From Antedon mediterranea (Eukaryota > Animalia > Echinodermata), in NCBI RefSeq assembly GCF_964355755.1, contig NC_092679.1:1518201-1582200 (forward strand): DNA of 64,000 bases, given 5' to 3'. The notes under the pieces are model-generated. The model did no database searches. It was not told where the DNA came from and saw only the letters and a list, made by a program, of their open reading frames with translations. Positions 52,101 to 64,000 of this stretch are shown here, piece by piece (the stretch's first letter is position 1; every line of letters begins with the position of its first letter). The position numbers were made by a program, and so were the translations under genes.

Positions 52101-55100
52101 ACGTTGGAAATTGAAGCAGAGGTCCACTTGGTGTAAATTGGAGCAATATTAACCCGTTTATGCGTCACCAAGCGCATTTTATACCTAATATGGAAACACT
52201 TTCACGTTCCATTTGCGTGAAATTACGCAAATTCTACGTGATTTTGTTGGGCACTGCCTTCCTTCTTAAAAATCTAAGAGTACTCAGTAAAATTTTATTT
52301 TTATGAAAACCAGGTAATACATATTGTTAGTAAAAGTGTACCATCACATTTTGCATAAGTGCGCCCGCATGTTTTCTTCTCAACAGAGCGCGTTCCACTT
52401 TTGAAAGTGTAACGAACAATGGGACAAGATGAATTCAACGCTCAATTACCTTTACTCGTTCGGTCATGTGATATTTCTCTATGACGTGTGATTGTAATCT
52501 ACAGAGATCTTCATTCATTTCTATTCCCACAATTTTAGACGAATTGCTGTAATAGTAACCCTGTACGATAACAAAAAAAGTTGTACTTTTTAATAAACAT
52601 GTCTGTTGACAGCGAGTATATTTGAAAGAAATAAATGTGCTTGTTGACAATACAGGTGACAGTTGGGAGGGGAAAATCATGGCCAAGGCTAACTTCACAC
52701 TTATATCCAAGCTAAAATTTTAGATGGTTGTCCACGCAAGAAATGTTGAGAACTATTCGCATTTTGGTGTGAATCATGAGAAATGCGTCAAAATAATAGT
52801 ACCACTTAAGTAGTAGAGGTTACTGCAAGCAATGTGGCTTTAAGCTTTCGTTTCTTCATTTTATTTCTTTTCAGTATTTACAAAAAAAAGGGGCCCAGGC
52901 CAGTGGCAGTTAAGTGATTAGACCAGAACTGTTCCACTTACTCCATACAGAACCGGTCCAAGTCTTGAACCAACATCAACAAGTACTTTTCCGTTAAGGT
53001 CTGGAAGAACGTCTTTAAATATATATTTCAACATGAGCAATGACGCCGAGTGGGATATAAATGCTGAAACAAAAACGATGACTTAAAATAAGTGCCAAGA
53101 TCGACTATGGTATTTTTGATATTTTAGTGCGTACATGGAAAAGCAACAACATTCCCTCTTTAAAACATAGCAATACTTCACAACAATTTGATTTATAAAT
53201 CTCTGCCTACACTATCAAACTAGTTTGAAAAATGATGTGCCCAAATATGGTATTGATATGACATGTCCATATATGGGCACATCACATTTTTTGTCATATA
53301 AAGTTTGATAGTGTAGACAGAGCTTTACGCACTTACGACTTTGAAATGAAAAAAAAGTCTAAACTTTGGAGGGAGCCATGTGGGTATCTCAACTCCATTG
53401 TAATGTGACTAACTAACACGCCCCCCCCCCCCCCCCCCATTTTCTTGTTACACAATCAGACAATTGTCGTATTCGATTGGGAACTTTCGTTGTCAACATA
53501 AAGATTCGTTGAGGAGTACCTTTGTATTCGAATGGTAAATTTTTAAAATTTTAAACGGATTGTTCTCAACAGAACGTGATTCGAATAGAAAACTTTTGAC
53601 AACGCAAGCTTTTTAGTTAAGAAAACTCTCAAAATACTCCGTTAAATAAGTAACTAAACGGGAAAACTATACTCATCGGTAAAACTCCCAATCGAACACG
53701 ACAAATGTACTTTTTAGGTCTTCATTTTAGTAATTCACTTTTACATCATTATGAGTTCAAATCCAACAGGAAACGCCCAATACACAATGGTCATATTGAG
53801 CAGGCGACAACCTGTTGGCTACTATGTTGGATCAATGGCGGATTAAATGCCATCCCGACGGAGAGGGAAATGAAAAAAACGTCTGCTAGGATATACATGC
53901 GTTGGGGTATAGGACGAATCGACATAATAGAACAGCGAATAAACCTGTCTAGTATTTGCAATAGAATGCTAAATCTGTTTAATATTTTAATCTGGCTCTG
54001 CTGAAAAAAACATTGAACGCGAGATGGTTGAAAGAACTTTCACATAACGAAAGAGTTATGACAGTTTCATTCATAGTAGGCCTAGACGTATCATAGAAAC
54101 AGAAAAATGTAGGCCTAAAAAATTCAAAACGTATTTTTGGATAGTTAAATGTATTTGTATGGTTACCAAACTGGCAAGCAGTCGCTTCTTTTGGTATACT
54201 ATTAAATATTGCAAATGTAATTGTGAATACGTGAGGTTTTTTTAAAAGGTTGGTTGTATTGAGTACTGAATAACCGGTCAACTTAGATATCCTCTAATAA
54301 ACCTTCTATGACTGTAATATAATAATACAGGTTGGTAACGGGATTAACAATTCTAATAGGCTAATTGTTACGATGTTATATTGTGCGGGTAAGAAATAAC
54401 ATTAATGACGTGGACATTTAAGATATTCTGAATAATATACGATATATTATGTCTACTTGGAAGACGTTAATAAAACCGTCATGTCCCATTTTATTGTTCT
54501 TTTTAGGAATTGGAGACTGTACTAGGAAAATGCTACCGTCAATATCATCATAATCGTGAAAATAAAAACACGCAAAGGCTTAGTTGTATAATGATTAGGC
54601 TATATCATTAATTAGTTTCAAATCCTTTCATAAAATTATATTGTTTGTTCGTTCGAAGTCAAAATTATTGTCATTTTTTATGCAGGAACTCTCATTATAA
54701 CTTGTACCCAGCAGTACGGCTATTGTATGTCAAGCCGTGATCATAGAACGGTTTCACCATGCTTTCACGTAGATTCGATTAAACGCCCTCCTATTTATAC
54801 AGCCGGTGTATTAACATGAGGGCGGCAAACATGTAAGCATAGTCTAAGTTACTAGTGGTACTATCGTTTGTTATATTCAACTTTATACAACGTTAGTAGG
54901 CTACCATCTCATTAAATAAAACAATTTATTAAATTTGTCCTTCTGGAAAAAATTCCAAACCTTGATACTAGCATAGTTATGGTTGGAAGTGAGGGATTAC
55001 TCATAATTTATAAGTTATGTTAAAATGTATGAATTATGTGCTATGGTATTGGATTTGCAGTCAGTAGGAACGATACACCACGGTGTTTATTGTCCCTAGA

Positions 55101-58100
55101 CATGATAAAGTACACTACTGCATTAAAATGCATTTCAAAATGATAAAGCATCCATACTTAGCGGTTTGGTACGGTGTGATTTACACTCCAAGCAGTAATT
55201 TCTTGACATACGGCCATCTTCACAAAGCTCATCTATTACGTCATCATCATACAGAAATTGATCAACATGCACAACGTTAGATGGCTCTAAACACGCAAAC
55301 TAAAATGAAAAAAGTAAGATGCCTCTAAACGAGAAACATTGGAAAGTAAACAACTTTAAGTCGTGATACGATATTTAAATAAATAACGTATAGCTTTTAT
55401 TCTCAATGCCATATAATTCAAAAGTTAAAATGATAACATGGTATAAACGTAGATCTTGAGTACACCAGCAGTGAAGTCATCTGATACTAAGTATCCGTCA
55501 ATGACGGCCATGTGTCTTCAGAAGAAGACGGCGACAAGAACAGTAACAGTAGGCCTATTCAGTTAACTTTTTTTGTTATTCGTGTCTAAACATAATAAGA
55601 ATATTATAGACATCTGAAAGAAAACCCAAAATAATAATTGTGGACAATAACTAACGAAAGCTACGGTAGTTTCACATACAACCCAATTAGTCTAATATTT
55701 GCACGATTAATAAAGACGAGCACGGAATAAAGTATGATTATTAACATTATAGGTTTAAGTTTTTATTTTACAATGTGTTTTAACATTTTTTTATGATTAT
55801 TTTTGTCTAATTGGCATCGAAACTCCAAACTCATGAGCAAAAACTCCTTTTAAAACCTAATACGTCATCATAACACCGTATAAACGGCCACCACAGATAC
55901 GGGGTAATTGACTTTTAAGCACCTCCGTTAATTGTTCATAGGTAATTAAATACGCATTTAACACACGTGCGAACGTAATAAACAACTCAGCATTGAACTT
56001 ACTCCACTGACCTTACGACAAGTTGGCAAAGCGTGTTGGCAATTGCTGTCTGTCAAACGTCGATTACGATTAGTTTCATTGAGGGGTCGGTGCATGGGCA
56101 TGGTATACGTGTACTCCCAATAAAGACCACTATTATGAACCAATGTGATTTAGTTTATGATTCAGTAGTATTGACCGTGATGAGGTCAAACTTAAGCTTG
56201 GGTCTCAGACAAGAGACCAATGAGGAGCCACTGTTCGAATAATCCATTGCTTGTGATTGGTCAAATCACTCCGGCTTAGTTCCCACTAGGACGCAACGCA
56301 AGGACGTAGACGCAACACAAGCGAGTTGACCAATGACAAGCCACTGTTCGAATAATCCATCGCTTGTGATTGGGCAAATAACTTAAGCCTGGTTCCCACT
56401 AGGACGCAACGCAAGGACGTAGACGCAACGCACGCGAGTTGACTAATTGCATGCGACAATTCGGACTATCGGATCCATCGCTAGTGATTGCTCAAATCAC
56501 TTAAGCGTGGTTCCCACTAGCGACGCAACGCAAGGACGTAACGCAACGCAAGTGAATTGACCAATCACAAGCGATGGCTTATTCCCTTGTGATTGCTAAC
56601 TGTCTATAACTTCGCTTGTCATTGGTTAAAACGCTTGCGTTGCGTTTACGTCCTTGCGTTACGTTCTAGTGGGAACCAAGCTTTACGTTTCGCTTACGTC
56701 CTTGCGTTGTGCGTCAAGTGGGAACCAGGCTAAACATTAGAAAAACGTCCTGGACAATTATAATACATCTAACATTGTAATATTATTCTACGCGATATGC
56801 CAAGTTACTATCTAATCTAACAAGACATTTAATATAACAATGAAATAAATATATCAGGTTTGATTACAAATTTAATCCATTTCAGAGTCAAGCACATGGT
56901 AGAAAAATTAATTTTTTAAGTTTTAATATTTTGGCATTAAATATTAAAACGCTAGAAGAATTCAAGGACTTGAGGATAAATGATGTTTTCCCTTACAAGT
57001 TAATTGGAATTGTTAATTCTATTTTTAAGTAATTTAAGCCCTTGTTAAATTGGAAACCTTTGTTTTTGTTATTCACGACGCCTTTGTAAATACAATGTTT
57101 ACTGTATATTTTCATAACCAACTAAAACCATGATATGAAATTCTAAATTCAGATGTTTTCTGTCTCTCTAAAGGCCTAAATTCATTTAAATTATCGTTTT
57201 CTCTTAATATAGTTTAAATTTTCAACGAAAAAATGAATTGGGGAAGTTTACTCAAAATATCGTTCATAACTACGTCACAGTCAAAGGGCCATATAGTCAA
57301 CGCATGATTATTTTCTTATAATAATATGTAGGCCTATGTTTGTTTGTTAGGAAAGATACGGTAGTAGATTACGTACAGGTATTATATTTTACGTATAACC
57401 TTTATCGGGACCCAACGTAGTGTTAAAACATTGCACTGGTTGTTTCATGGGAAAGTGTCCTCTTAGTCTAAGAGGACACTTTCCCTTAGTGGTGTCCCAA
57501 GCGAAGGGTTACGTACTTTCTTCCATGCATGTATAATGTTGCAAAAAAAATACATTTTTTGTGTTTAAAGTTACATCGCTTTCTCTTTGGCTCCTTAAAG
57601 AGTTCATTTTGTTAATGTTCATTTTCTGCAAGTTTTTAGTAGAAAAAGAAAACAAAACTTAGATATTATCTTACAATCTACAGCTTCCAATCCTGTTTCA
57701 TTTTTCTTTTAAAATGATCTTACTTCCACCTCCTTCATACCATAATCAATTAAAATTTATATTTACATCGCTTCCGTTTCAGTAAGAAAAATAACAAAAT
57801 GATTGAGTTGTTTGTTTTTCTGGTAATTTTATCAATACAAAAAATATGGCCTACGAAAACTCCGGGTTATGACGTTTTTCGATCACACACGTTTTATACG
57901 GAATCCGGAATGCGTTATAGACAGCGCATTTTTCAGACACGATTTTTTTTTACCCCGCCTCAGTGTGAACGCGAGCTACACCGGCTCCTGTTATGTGAGA
58001 GGTCATGTGACTCTTGGGAAACTATATTGCTAATACATTCATCAAATAACACCATATTGGATTAAACGCGAGGTGAGATAATAAAGATATACGCCATCAA

Positions 58101-61100
58101 ATCAATGGACATTATTAAGAAGACAATTGAATTACAGAGTTGGATGCCTTTTAAATGATACATTAATGATATTTATAATATCAACGAAATTAAAGGGGAA
58201 CTATGGTTTTTGTAACATTTCATTAGTTAATTAAAAAAAAACAACCTCTAAAGCTCTGTCTACACAGATGTGCCCATATATGGACACGATGATGTCATAT
58301 CACTACCAATTTTGGGCATATCACTACCATATTTGGCCACATCACACTTTTTTGTCAAAATAATTTGATAGTGTAGACAGAGCTTTAAACCTTTTAATAA
58401 AAATGATGGTTTCCAATTGGACGCGACGCAAGGACGTAAGCGTTTGACCAATCACAATCGGATAATCCGAAATATGATGTTTGATCAAATTATTCGGGAC
58501 TTTTGAAAAATTGATAACATTTTTAGGGAATGGGATTGTTACAAGGCTCGTATGTATACCTCTGTAAAGGTTAAATGGAGTTTAGTAACGAATATTTCTA
58601 TGTAAAGCATTTTGAGTGTACACGAAAATTTGCATAATTTATGACAATATAATAAAACCCGGTTGTTTTCCAATTAAAGGTAAAGTGTTTATAACAGATG
58701 ACTGTACACATAAAAGGTCGATTCAGGGCATTCGATTACATTATAAAAATTAATTTCGTAATTGTATGAGATAATGAAATACTCAATATTCATAGTTGAC
58801 GGTAAATATTCCCCGGTGAATATATTTACTTTATATAATTAAAATGTAAATTAATTGTTGTTACGTTCGGTGCTTAGGAGGTTCTCGAATTACGTATCCT
58901 TCGTCTTTAACATCGAGTGCAAGAAACGTTATATTGCATTTGACCCACATAATTTAAAAGATAGTATTGTCCCCCTAACAATTTTTTTTAATATGCCATC
59001 CATTTTAATGTCACATAATAGTTATCCACTTTGACCAAAAACTGGATAGAAAAAAATGTATTTACCTACATAAAATGTAATTTAGAGTAAAAAATACTGT
59101 ACCGGTATTTAAATTGTCTGTCAGATAATGGTGTTTGGTTAAAATTAACTATTTCTTTTGTCTTTTTATAAGTGAAATATTTTTTTTTCCACAGAAGTGA
59201 ATAACTTGATTAAAACTGCGAAATGGCCTATTTAAAGTCTGATTCGATTAATCTTTATATTTCATGTTTTGGAGGGACAATACATCTTTAAAATAAAAAC
59301 ACATCAAGTAGAGTAGAGTATTTGTTTACGAATGTATGCAGTAGTTAATATACTGTACAAAACAACATACATAAGATGCTTTACATACTTAAGTCGAAGA
59401 TGCTCTCCAGATGGAATGCCATCCTGAGATGGTAGTAGTAATTTTGTTTATTTTATTTATTTCCTTTATATGTAATTTACTTTCTATGGACCAGAGTTTC
59501 CGAAATAAAAGATTGAATGAATGAATGAACACTGTACTACAGAGGATGCTTTACATAGCACAAGTCTTTGTTAATTAACTTCATTATTACTATTAGTCAG
59601 GTGATTAATTACATATTGAGATATTGAATCTACACATCAATCTGGATGTAACATTATGACTGTATTTAATTGTCAAGCCATAATTTCAACATAAATTAAC
59701 CAAATATAGTGTCAACATGAACGTATAAATAAGTTATCACTGACTAAGTCAGTGTACTGTAAGCTTTTATTATTTTCTAACATTGACAATATAAATCAAA
59801 CTGTGCCTTTAAATACTTTAACATTTACTTATATTTTTATTGAATATGTCATTTTAATGTCACATAATAGTTATTCATTTTGACTAAAAACTGAATAGAA
59901 AATTAAAAAATATTTGTAATTAATCTTCATTTCAATTCATCTGCATTTCAGTCAAGTATTTAAATTGAGGTAAATAACTGTAAAAAGTATATACATATGA
60001 TATGGCCAATGCTCTCAAAATGACGGAGGTAATAACAGTTTAATAATTGATTGAGTAATTGATTGATTGATTGATTGATTGAAGGCTGCTAGATTCACTG
60101 ACCTACAAAACTGACATTGGATGAAGACAGATGGATTAAACGCAATTGATCCTGAAATGTAGGGGGAAATGTAAATGCAAAATGCTAAAGATTTAGAGCA
60201 GCACTTTGTTTCACTTTAATATCCACACCCACACCCACACCCACCCCACGCCCTCCCCCCCCCCCCCCCCCACCCGAACACCCAATTAACCCACCATGAC
60301 CATGGCAAACAAACAAATAATATATCGAGTTACTGAAAAAATGTCCATCCCATAATAATAAACTCTGATTCAAATTACTTTTTTTTTAGAAACGTAAACA
60401 ATGAAAAAATAACCTAAAATGTAACATAATACCTAAAATTAATGTTATGTAATAAAAAGAACATACATCACCAATTTCTGGGTGTGAGACATGTTCGGTT
60501 GCCATGACAGCAGATAATGGTAATCCTTCATAGTCCCTGATGTCTTCACGGATAGAATTCAGATAGACATCATTGTTGTCAACAAATCCTTAGAAAATAT
60601 AATAATAAAATATCACTGTTGTGTCACGTGTCAAAATACTTCTGTATCCATTAGTTTGCAATATATTAGGCAGGTCTACGACAAATTATTAATTTATATC
60701 TTTGTTAATATTAATTATCTTGTTATTTAAAATGAAAATACTGTTCTAGGCTAGTATTAAATGTAGTACAGCAGCAGTGAAAGAAAAATTAATATAATAC
60801 AGTATAATTAAAATGCATGGAATTCGGCACACAGGGCCCTAATTAAAGGTAGGCCTAGACCTAGATGAAAAAGACAGTTAATGACATTGGGGTTGTCAGT
60901 TTAAACACAATATCGTTAATTCCTAACATTTTAAAAGTAATCTGCTTTAGGCCTACGAATTCTTCCTACTCAATCTTATTTGGCAGCAGGCGGTCGCCGT
61001 CACGTCCACGCCGCTACGATCTCATTGAATTCCACGTGAAAAGTCTAGCATTTCAGGGCCTAGATTCGTTCGTGTTTCTTGAACCACAGTAATAATTGAA

Positions 61101-61244
61101 CTTACCATCTACTGTCTCAAACCAATCTCTGACTACTTTAGAAAATTCTTGTATACAATGTTTGGGTATTCGTTGGACGAGAGATGTGAATTCTGTTTTT
61201 AAATCATTCAGTATATCGTCTGCTGCAACAGTTGACTCCTCCAT
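49133..61244 (-). CDS. Uncharacterised class I SAM-dependent methyltransferase-domain protein (~316 aa)
   Basis: Exons 61106-61244, 60467-60588, 55158-55299, 52942-53063, 52450-52560, 51433-51478, 50946-51006, 50547-50637, 49133-49249 give 951 nt in frame, all GT-AG. Motif I LVDVGSRLGPVL, post-I IVGIEMN, motif II VICADV, then ADVVVMHNVFEFF. The N-terminal part has HVDQFLYDDD and YCLECKSH. Confidence 0.88.
53201..53324. mobile_element. MITE family A copy
   Basis: CTCTGCCTACACTATCAAAC ... GTTTGATAGTGTAGACAGAGCT. Confidence 0.82.
56194..56731. mobile_element. Nested cluster of four MITE family B copies; innermost complete copy 56504-56682 with TTA TSD
   Basis: Copies start at ~56195, ~56273, 56386 and 56504. 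Innermost copy: TTA-AGCGTGGTTCCCACTAG ... CTAGTGGGAACCAAGCT-TTA. Confidence 0.88.
57446..57488. repeat. Perfect 18-bp-arm hairpin, probably the same footprint class (degenerate ends)
   Basis: CAT-GGGAAAGTGTCCTCTTAG-T-CTAAGAGGACACTTTCCC-TTA. Flanks gttgttt and gtggtgt match at 5/7. Confidence 0.6.
58252..58384. mobile_element. MITE family A copy
   Basis: AGCTCTGTCTACAC ... TTTGATAGTGTAGACAGAGCT. Confidence 0.8.
58954..59291. mobile_element. Non-autonomous DNA transposon with TTAA flanks (Kolobok-like); related fragments at ~6905-7160 and ~59810-59900
   Basis: TTAA-AAGATAGTATTGTCCCCC ... GGAGGGACAATACATCT-TTAA inverted ends. The internal AATG.CACATAATAG..ATCCA.TTTGACCAAAA is shared with the other fragments. 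Confidence 0.6.
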
Positions 61245-62793
61245 GCTGGATGAAATGTATCACGTGATCAAGTAGTACCGCAGTTTGTTTGGATGAAGTA
61301 AAGGGAAATCCCCTAATTACGCTTTGAATCCATAATAAAACATGTTGTTTTTACAGATAGTCACTCTTAAAAGTGTGTATTCTATAGAAAATTATAAAGG
61401 CATATTAGGCCTATATATATTATATATTTTTTATGAATGAAGTCTAAACTCATTAAACTCGTAGATAACTATATTATTATTGTTATTATTATTATTTCAT
61501 TACATGCGATTTAATTTTACAAATACCATGAAAATAAAAATATAATATAATATCAGCTTAAGTTTAATTTATTTCGAAGTTGATTGACATTTATATTTGC
61601 TCTAAATTGACGGCTAACTCCATTAGATATATTTAAATGAACTAAAGGTCACTGTAACAAAACAAACTAGGTAATAGGCATTATAGGACTACTACCATCA
61701 GGAAAGTTCTGGATGTGGCAATCGGCTCTCAATTGAACTCTAGTCTAGAAATGCCTCAATTACGCAGCCACAAAATTAATATAAAATGGAACCACAGCAT
61801 TTGGTTGGGGTAGGATTTGTAGGTCTATTATCAGCCTAATTGACCACTTACATGGTGTCCGAGTTGTTTGGGATTGCCTTTTATATCTGTTTGTTTGTAG
61901 GCCTAGTTGATAAATTATAATAGATAAATAAACACAATTGAAAAGTAGCTAGGCCTAGTAGTTATTTACACTTGTGAGTCATACATGTCATATGTCAATT
62001 TATAATATATTTTCCAGAAAATCAGTATATAAGACGGGTGCAATACTACATTTGTCTTTTATCATTAAAAAGTTATATATTACAATATTCATAAATTACC
62101 TGTTAAGTGTTGATGATCTGATCAAAGTCTATTAACGTGTCCCTAAAGACCTAATTTATTCCTAAATTACTAATTCATACATATTTTTTATTTACTTTTT
62201 ATCGACTTTACGATACTTTTTAAGTCAGATATCTGGATTAATAGTTATTACATATGACTGAGCGGCATATTACCACTCTGTTGCTATTAATTTTCCTTCA
62301 AATATGCCGTATGTCAAAGGTCAACACAACAATATTACAAATTTATTTATACATTTATTATATAGATTATATTTTATAAGAAAAAAACCCCACAAAGATA
62401 GCACACTGTAGTGTATAGAGACCATGATTGCTTGCTCTCATGAGGAGCATCAGCAAGGGCTAACATTATGGTTGGCAAACTGATCGTATAGACCTATTAA
62501 TTCAATACCATCCATTTCAGTAATTATTTTAGGCTAATTATTCCTAATTATTCTTCTTAAAAAAGAATGCAAGCCAACATATGAATTGAAATTTATATCC
62601 GATACAAAAGTAGTACAAAAATATATACTTCGATATAGTCATTGACCATTAAATGCATATTGGTGTCATTAACAATAATAATACATTTACAAATTTAATC
62701 CGGAATAATCTGGGGATTTAGTTAATCTAATAATTGCATATACTGCCGTATTTACTTTGCAGTATAGGTTTGTAACACGCCGGTGAAGAATTA

Positions 62794-63220
62794 AGCTTAG
62801 TTTCCACTAGCATGGGACGCAACCCAATGACGTAGGCGCAACGTAAAGCTTGGTTCCCACTAGGACGCAACGCAGGGATGTAGACGCAACGTAAAGCTTG
62901 GTTCCCACTAGGACGAAACGCAAGAACGTAGGCTCAACGTAAAGCTTGGTTCCCACTAGGACGAAACGCAAGGACGTAGGCACAACGTAAAGCTTGGTTC
63001 CCACTAGGACGAAACGCAAGGACGTAGACACAACGTAAAGCTTCCCACTAGGACGAAACGCAAGGACGTATAGGCACAACGTAATGCTTGGTTCCCACTA
63101 GGACGCAACGCAAGAACGTAACGTAAGTTGACCAATGACAAGCGACGGTTCAAGTCATCGCTTGTGATTGGTCATATCACTTGCGATGTGCTAAAGCCAG
63201 TTGCGTTGCGTTCCAAGCTT
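62794..63220. mobile_element. MITE family B with its 48-bp left end tandemly amplified about 7 times
   Basis: Unit AAAGCTTGGTTCCCACTAGGACGAAACGCAAGGACGTAG.CACAACGT, followed by the rest of a family-B element ending CCAAGCT. Confidence 0.9.
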
Positions 63221-63441
63221 TACTTAATCTACTGTGTATGGAGATACTTCGTGGTTTTATATACAAATGCGACGGCTATATCTAGTGTCTAGTGTATTAT
63301 ACAAGTACAGGTTCATAATTTATCAGTGAATGATGATGCTATATAAAAACGAATAGCACTGTCTCAGATAAATGATGTCATTGGTGGTAGGCTACTTTCT
63401 GCTAGTGTTGATGTTTTGTCTTATTGTAACATTGTTGATGT

Positions 63442-63999
63442 TTAGTTGTCATTCTTTTCTTCCACTGTTATCATTTCGCCGCCATTTTCATTTTCAGCTG
63501 TTTCATTGTCTGCTTCTACTGTCATAATTTCGCCGCCATTATTTTTTTCCGTCGTCGGTTCATTCTCGTCTGCTTCCACTGCCTTCATGTCATCGCCGTT
63601 CACAAGCTCATCTTCTGGGATAGTTTCAATTTCTTCTTTTAGTTGGCATAGGCCTACTTTCATTTCATTTTTATTTTCTTCAATTGTATTTTTCTCGTCA
63701 TCGCCTGATTCTACTGTCATTGCCATTTCTGCCTTTTCTTCGTCTGTAATTGTGGACAAATCTTCATCTTTTTCTTTAGTGCATAAAATCACATAAAGAC
63801 GGTATGATTGCAGAAAAACGAGAAGGGCGTTTTTACAGGTGAAAAACAACATCTGTCTGTCTACTATTTGGTATTTAAAAAGAAGGTACAACCTCATTGT
63901 CAGGTATGGGCCGTCCTGCATGACGACGGTGGTCATGATAGCCCATATCTCCGTCTCACAGCAGTGGCATATCTTCGTCACAGCCGAACGGGTTCCCAT
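63442..63999 (-). CDS. TMEM26: TMEM26-like multipass membrane protein, last exon (5'-partial)
   Basis: CCETEIWAIMTTVVMQDGPYLTMRLYL..MLFFTCKNALLVFLQSYRL matches the TMEM26-family QDGPF/FFxxKN/LQxYR motifs, followed by an acidic tail. Confidence 0.82.
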   Translation of the reverse strand: MGTRSAVTKICHCCETEIWAIMTTVVMQDGPYLTMRLYLLFKYQIVDRQMLFFTCKNALLVFLQSYRLYVILCTKEKDEDLSTITDEEKAEMAMTVESGDDEKNTIEENKNEMKVGLCQLKEEIETIPEDELVNGDDMKAVEADENEPTTEKNNGGEIMTVEADNETAENENGGEMITVEEKNDN

Positions 64000-64000
64000 T

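Noticed and set aside
53705-54830. Possible nested plus-strand gene in the methyltransferase intron (ORF 53705-54004; acceptors at ~54507 and ~54686)
   Set aside because: I could not build an in-phase multi-exon model or recognise a domain. RNA data would be needed.
62794-63125. CRISPR-like regularly spaced repeats
   Set aside because: There are no unique spacers and no cas genes, the context is eukaryotic, and the units match the MITE family B left end.

Overview
AT-rich, intron-containing eukaryotic DNA from an animal. The gene set and repeats look invertebrate-deuterostome-like, but that is inference and no species can be called. I spliced the genes by hand using GT-AG boundaries and phase continuity and found nine protein-coding loci: an SLC17/sialin-like transporter (-, 3'-partial, with a 4-bp frameshifting duplication), a tandem-C2 synaptotagmin-like gene (+, first exon not found), an NPAS4/dysfusion-like bHLH-PAS factor (+), TRMT61A (-), an intronless divergent VAChT/SLC18-like transporter (+), an ANGEL-family EEP phosphatase (-), a single-pass receptor with an IgGFc-binding-protein (FCGBP-N) ectodomain and tyrosine-rich tail (-), an uncharacterised class I methyltransferase (-), and the 3' end of a TMEM26-like gene (-). 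Non-coding DNA carries two abundant PIF/Harbinger-like MITE families, LINE 3' remnants, minisatellites and a tRNA-derived relic. The most unusual observations are: (i) 16-43 bp CA...TG micro-elements, several with exact 7-bp target duplications, resembling P-element excision footprints; (ii) stacked TA-site footprints; (iii) MITEs nested into their own sequence; (iv) the FCGBP-N receptor; and (v) a VAChT paralog outside the ChAT locus with altered charge residues. No CRISPR array or prokaryotic system is supported. Family assignments come from remembered motifs, not database searches.
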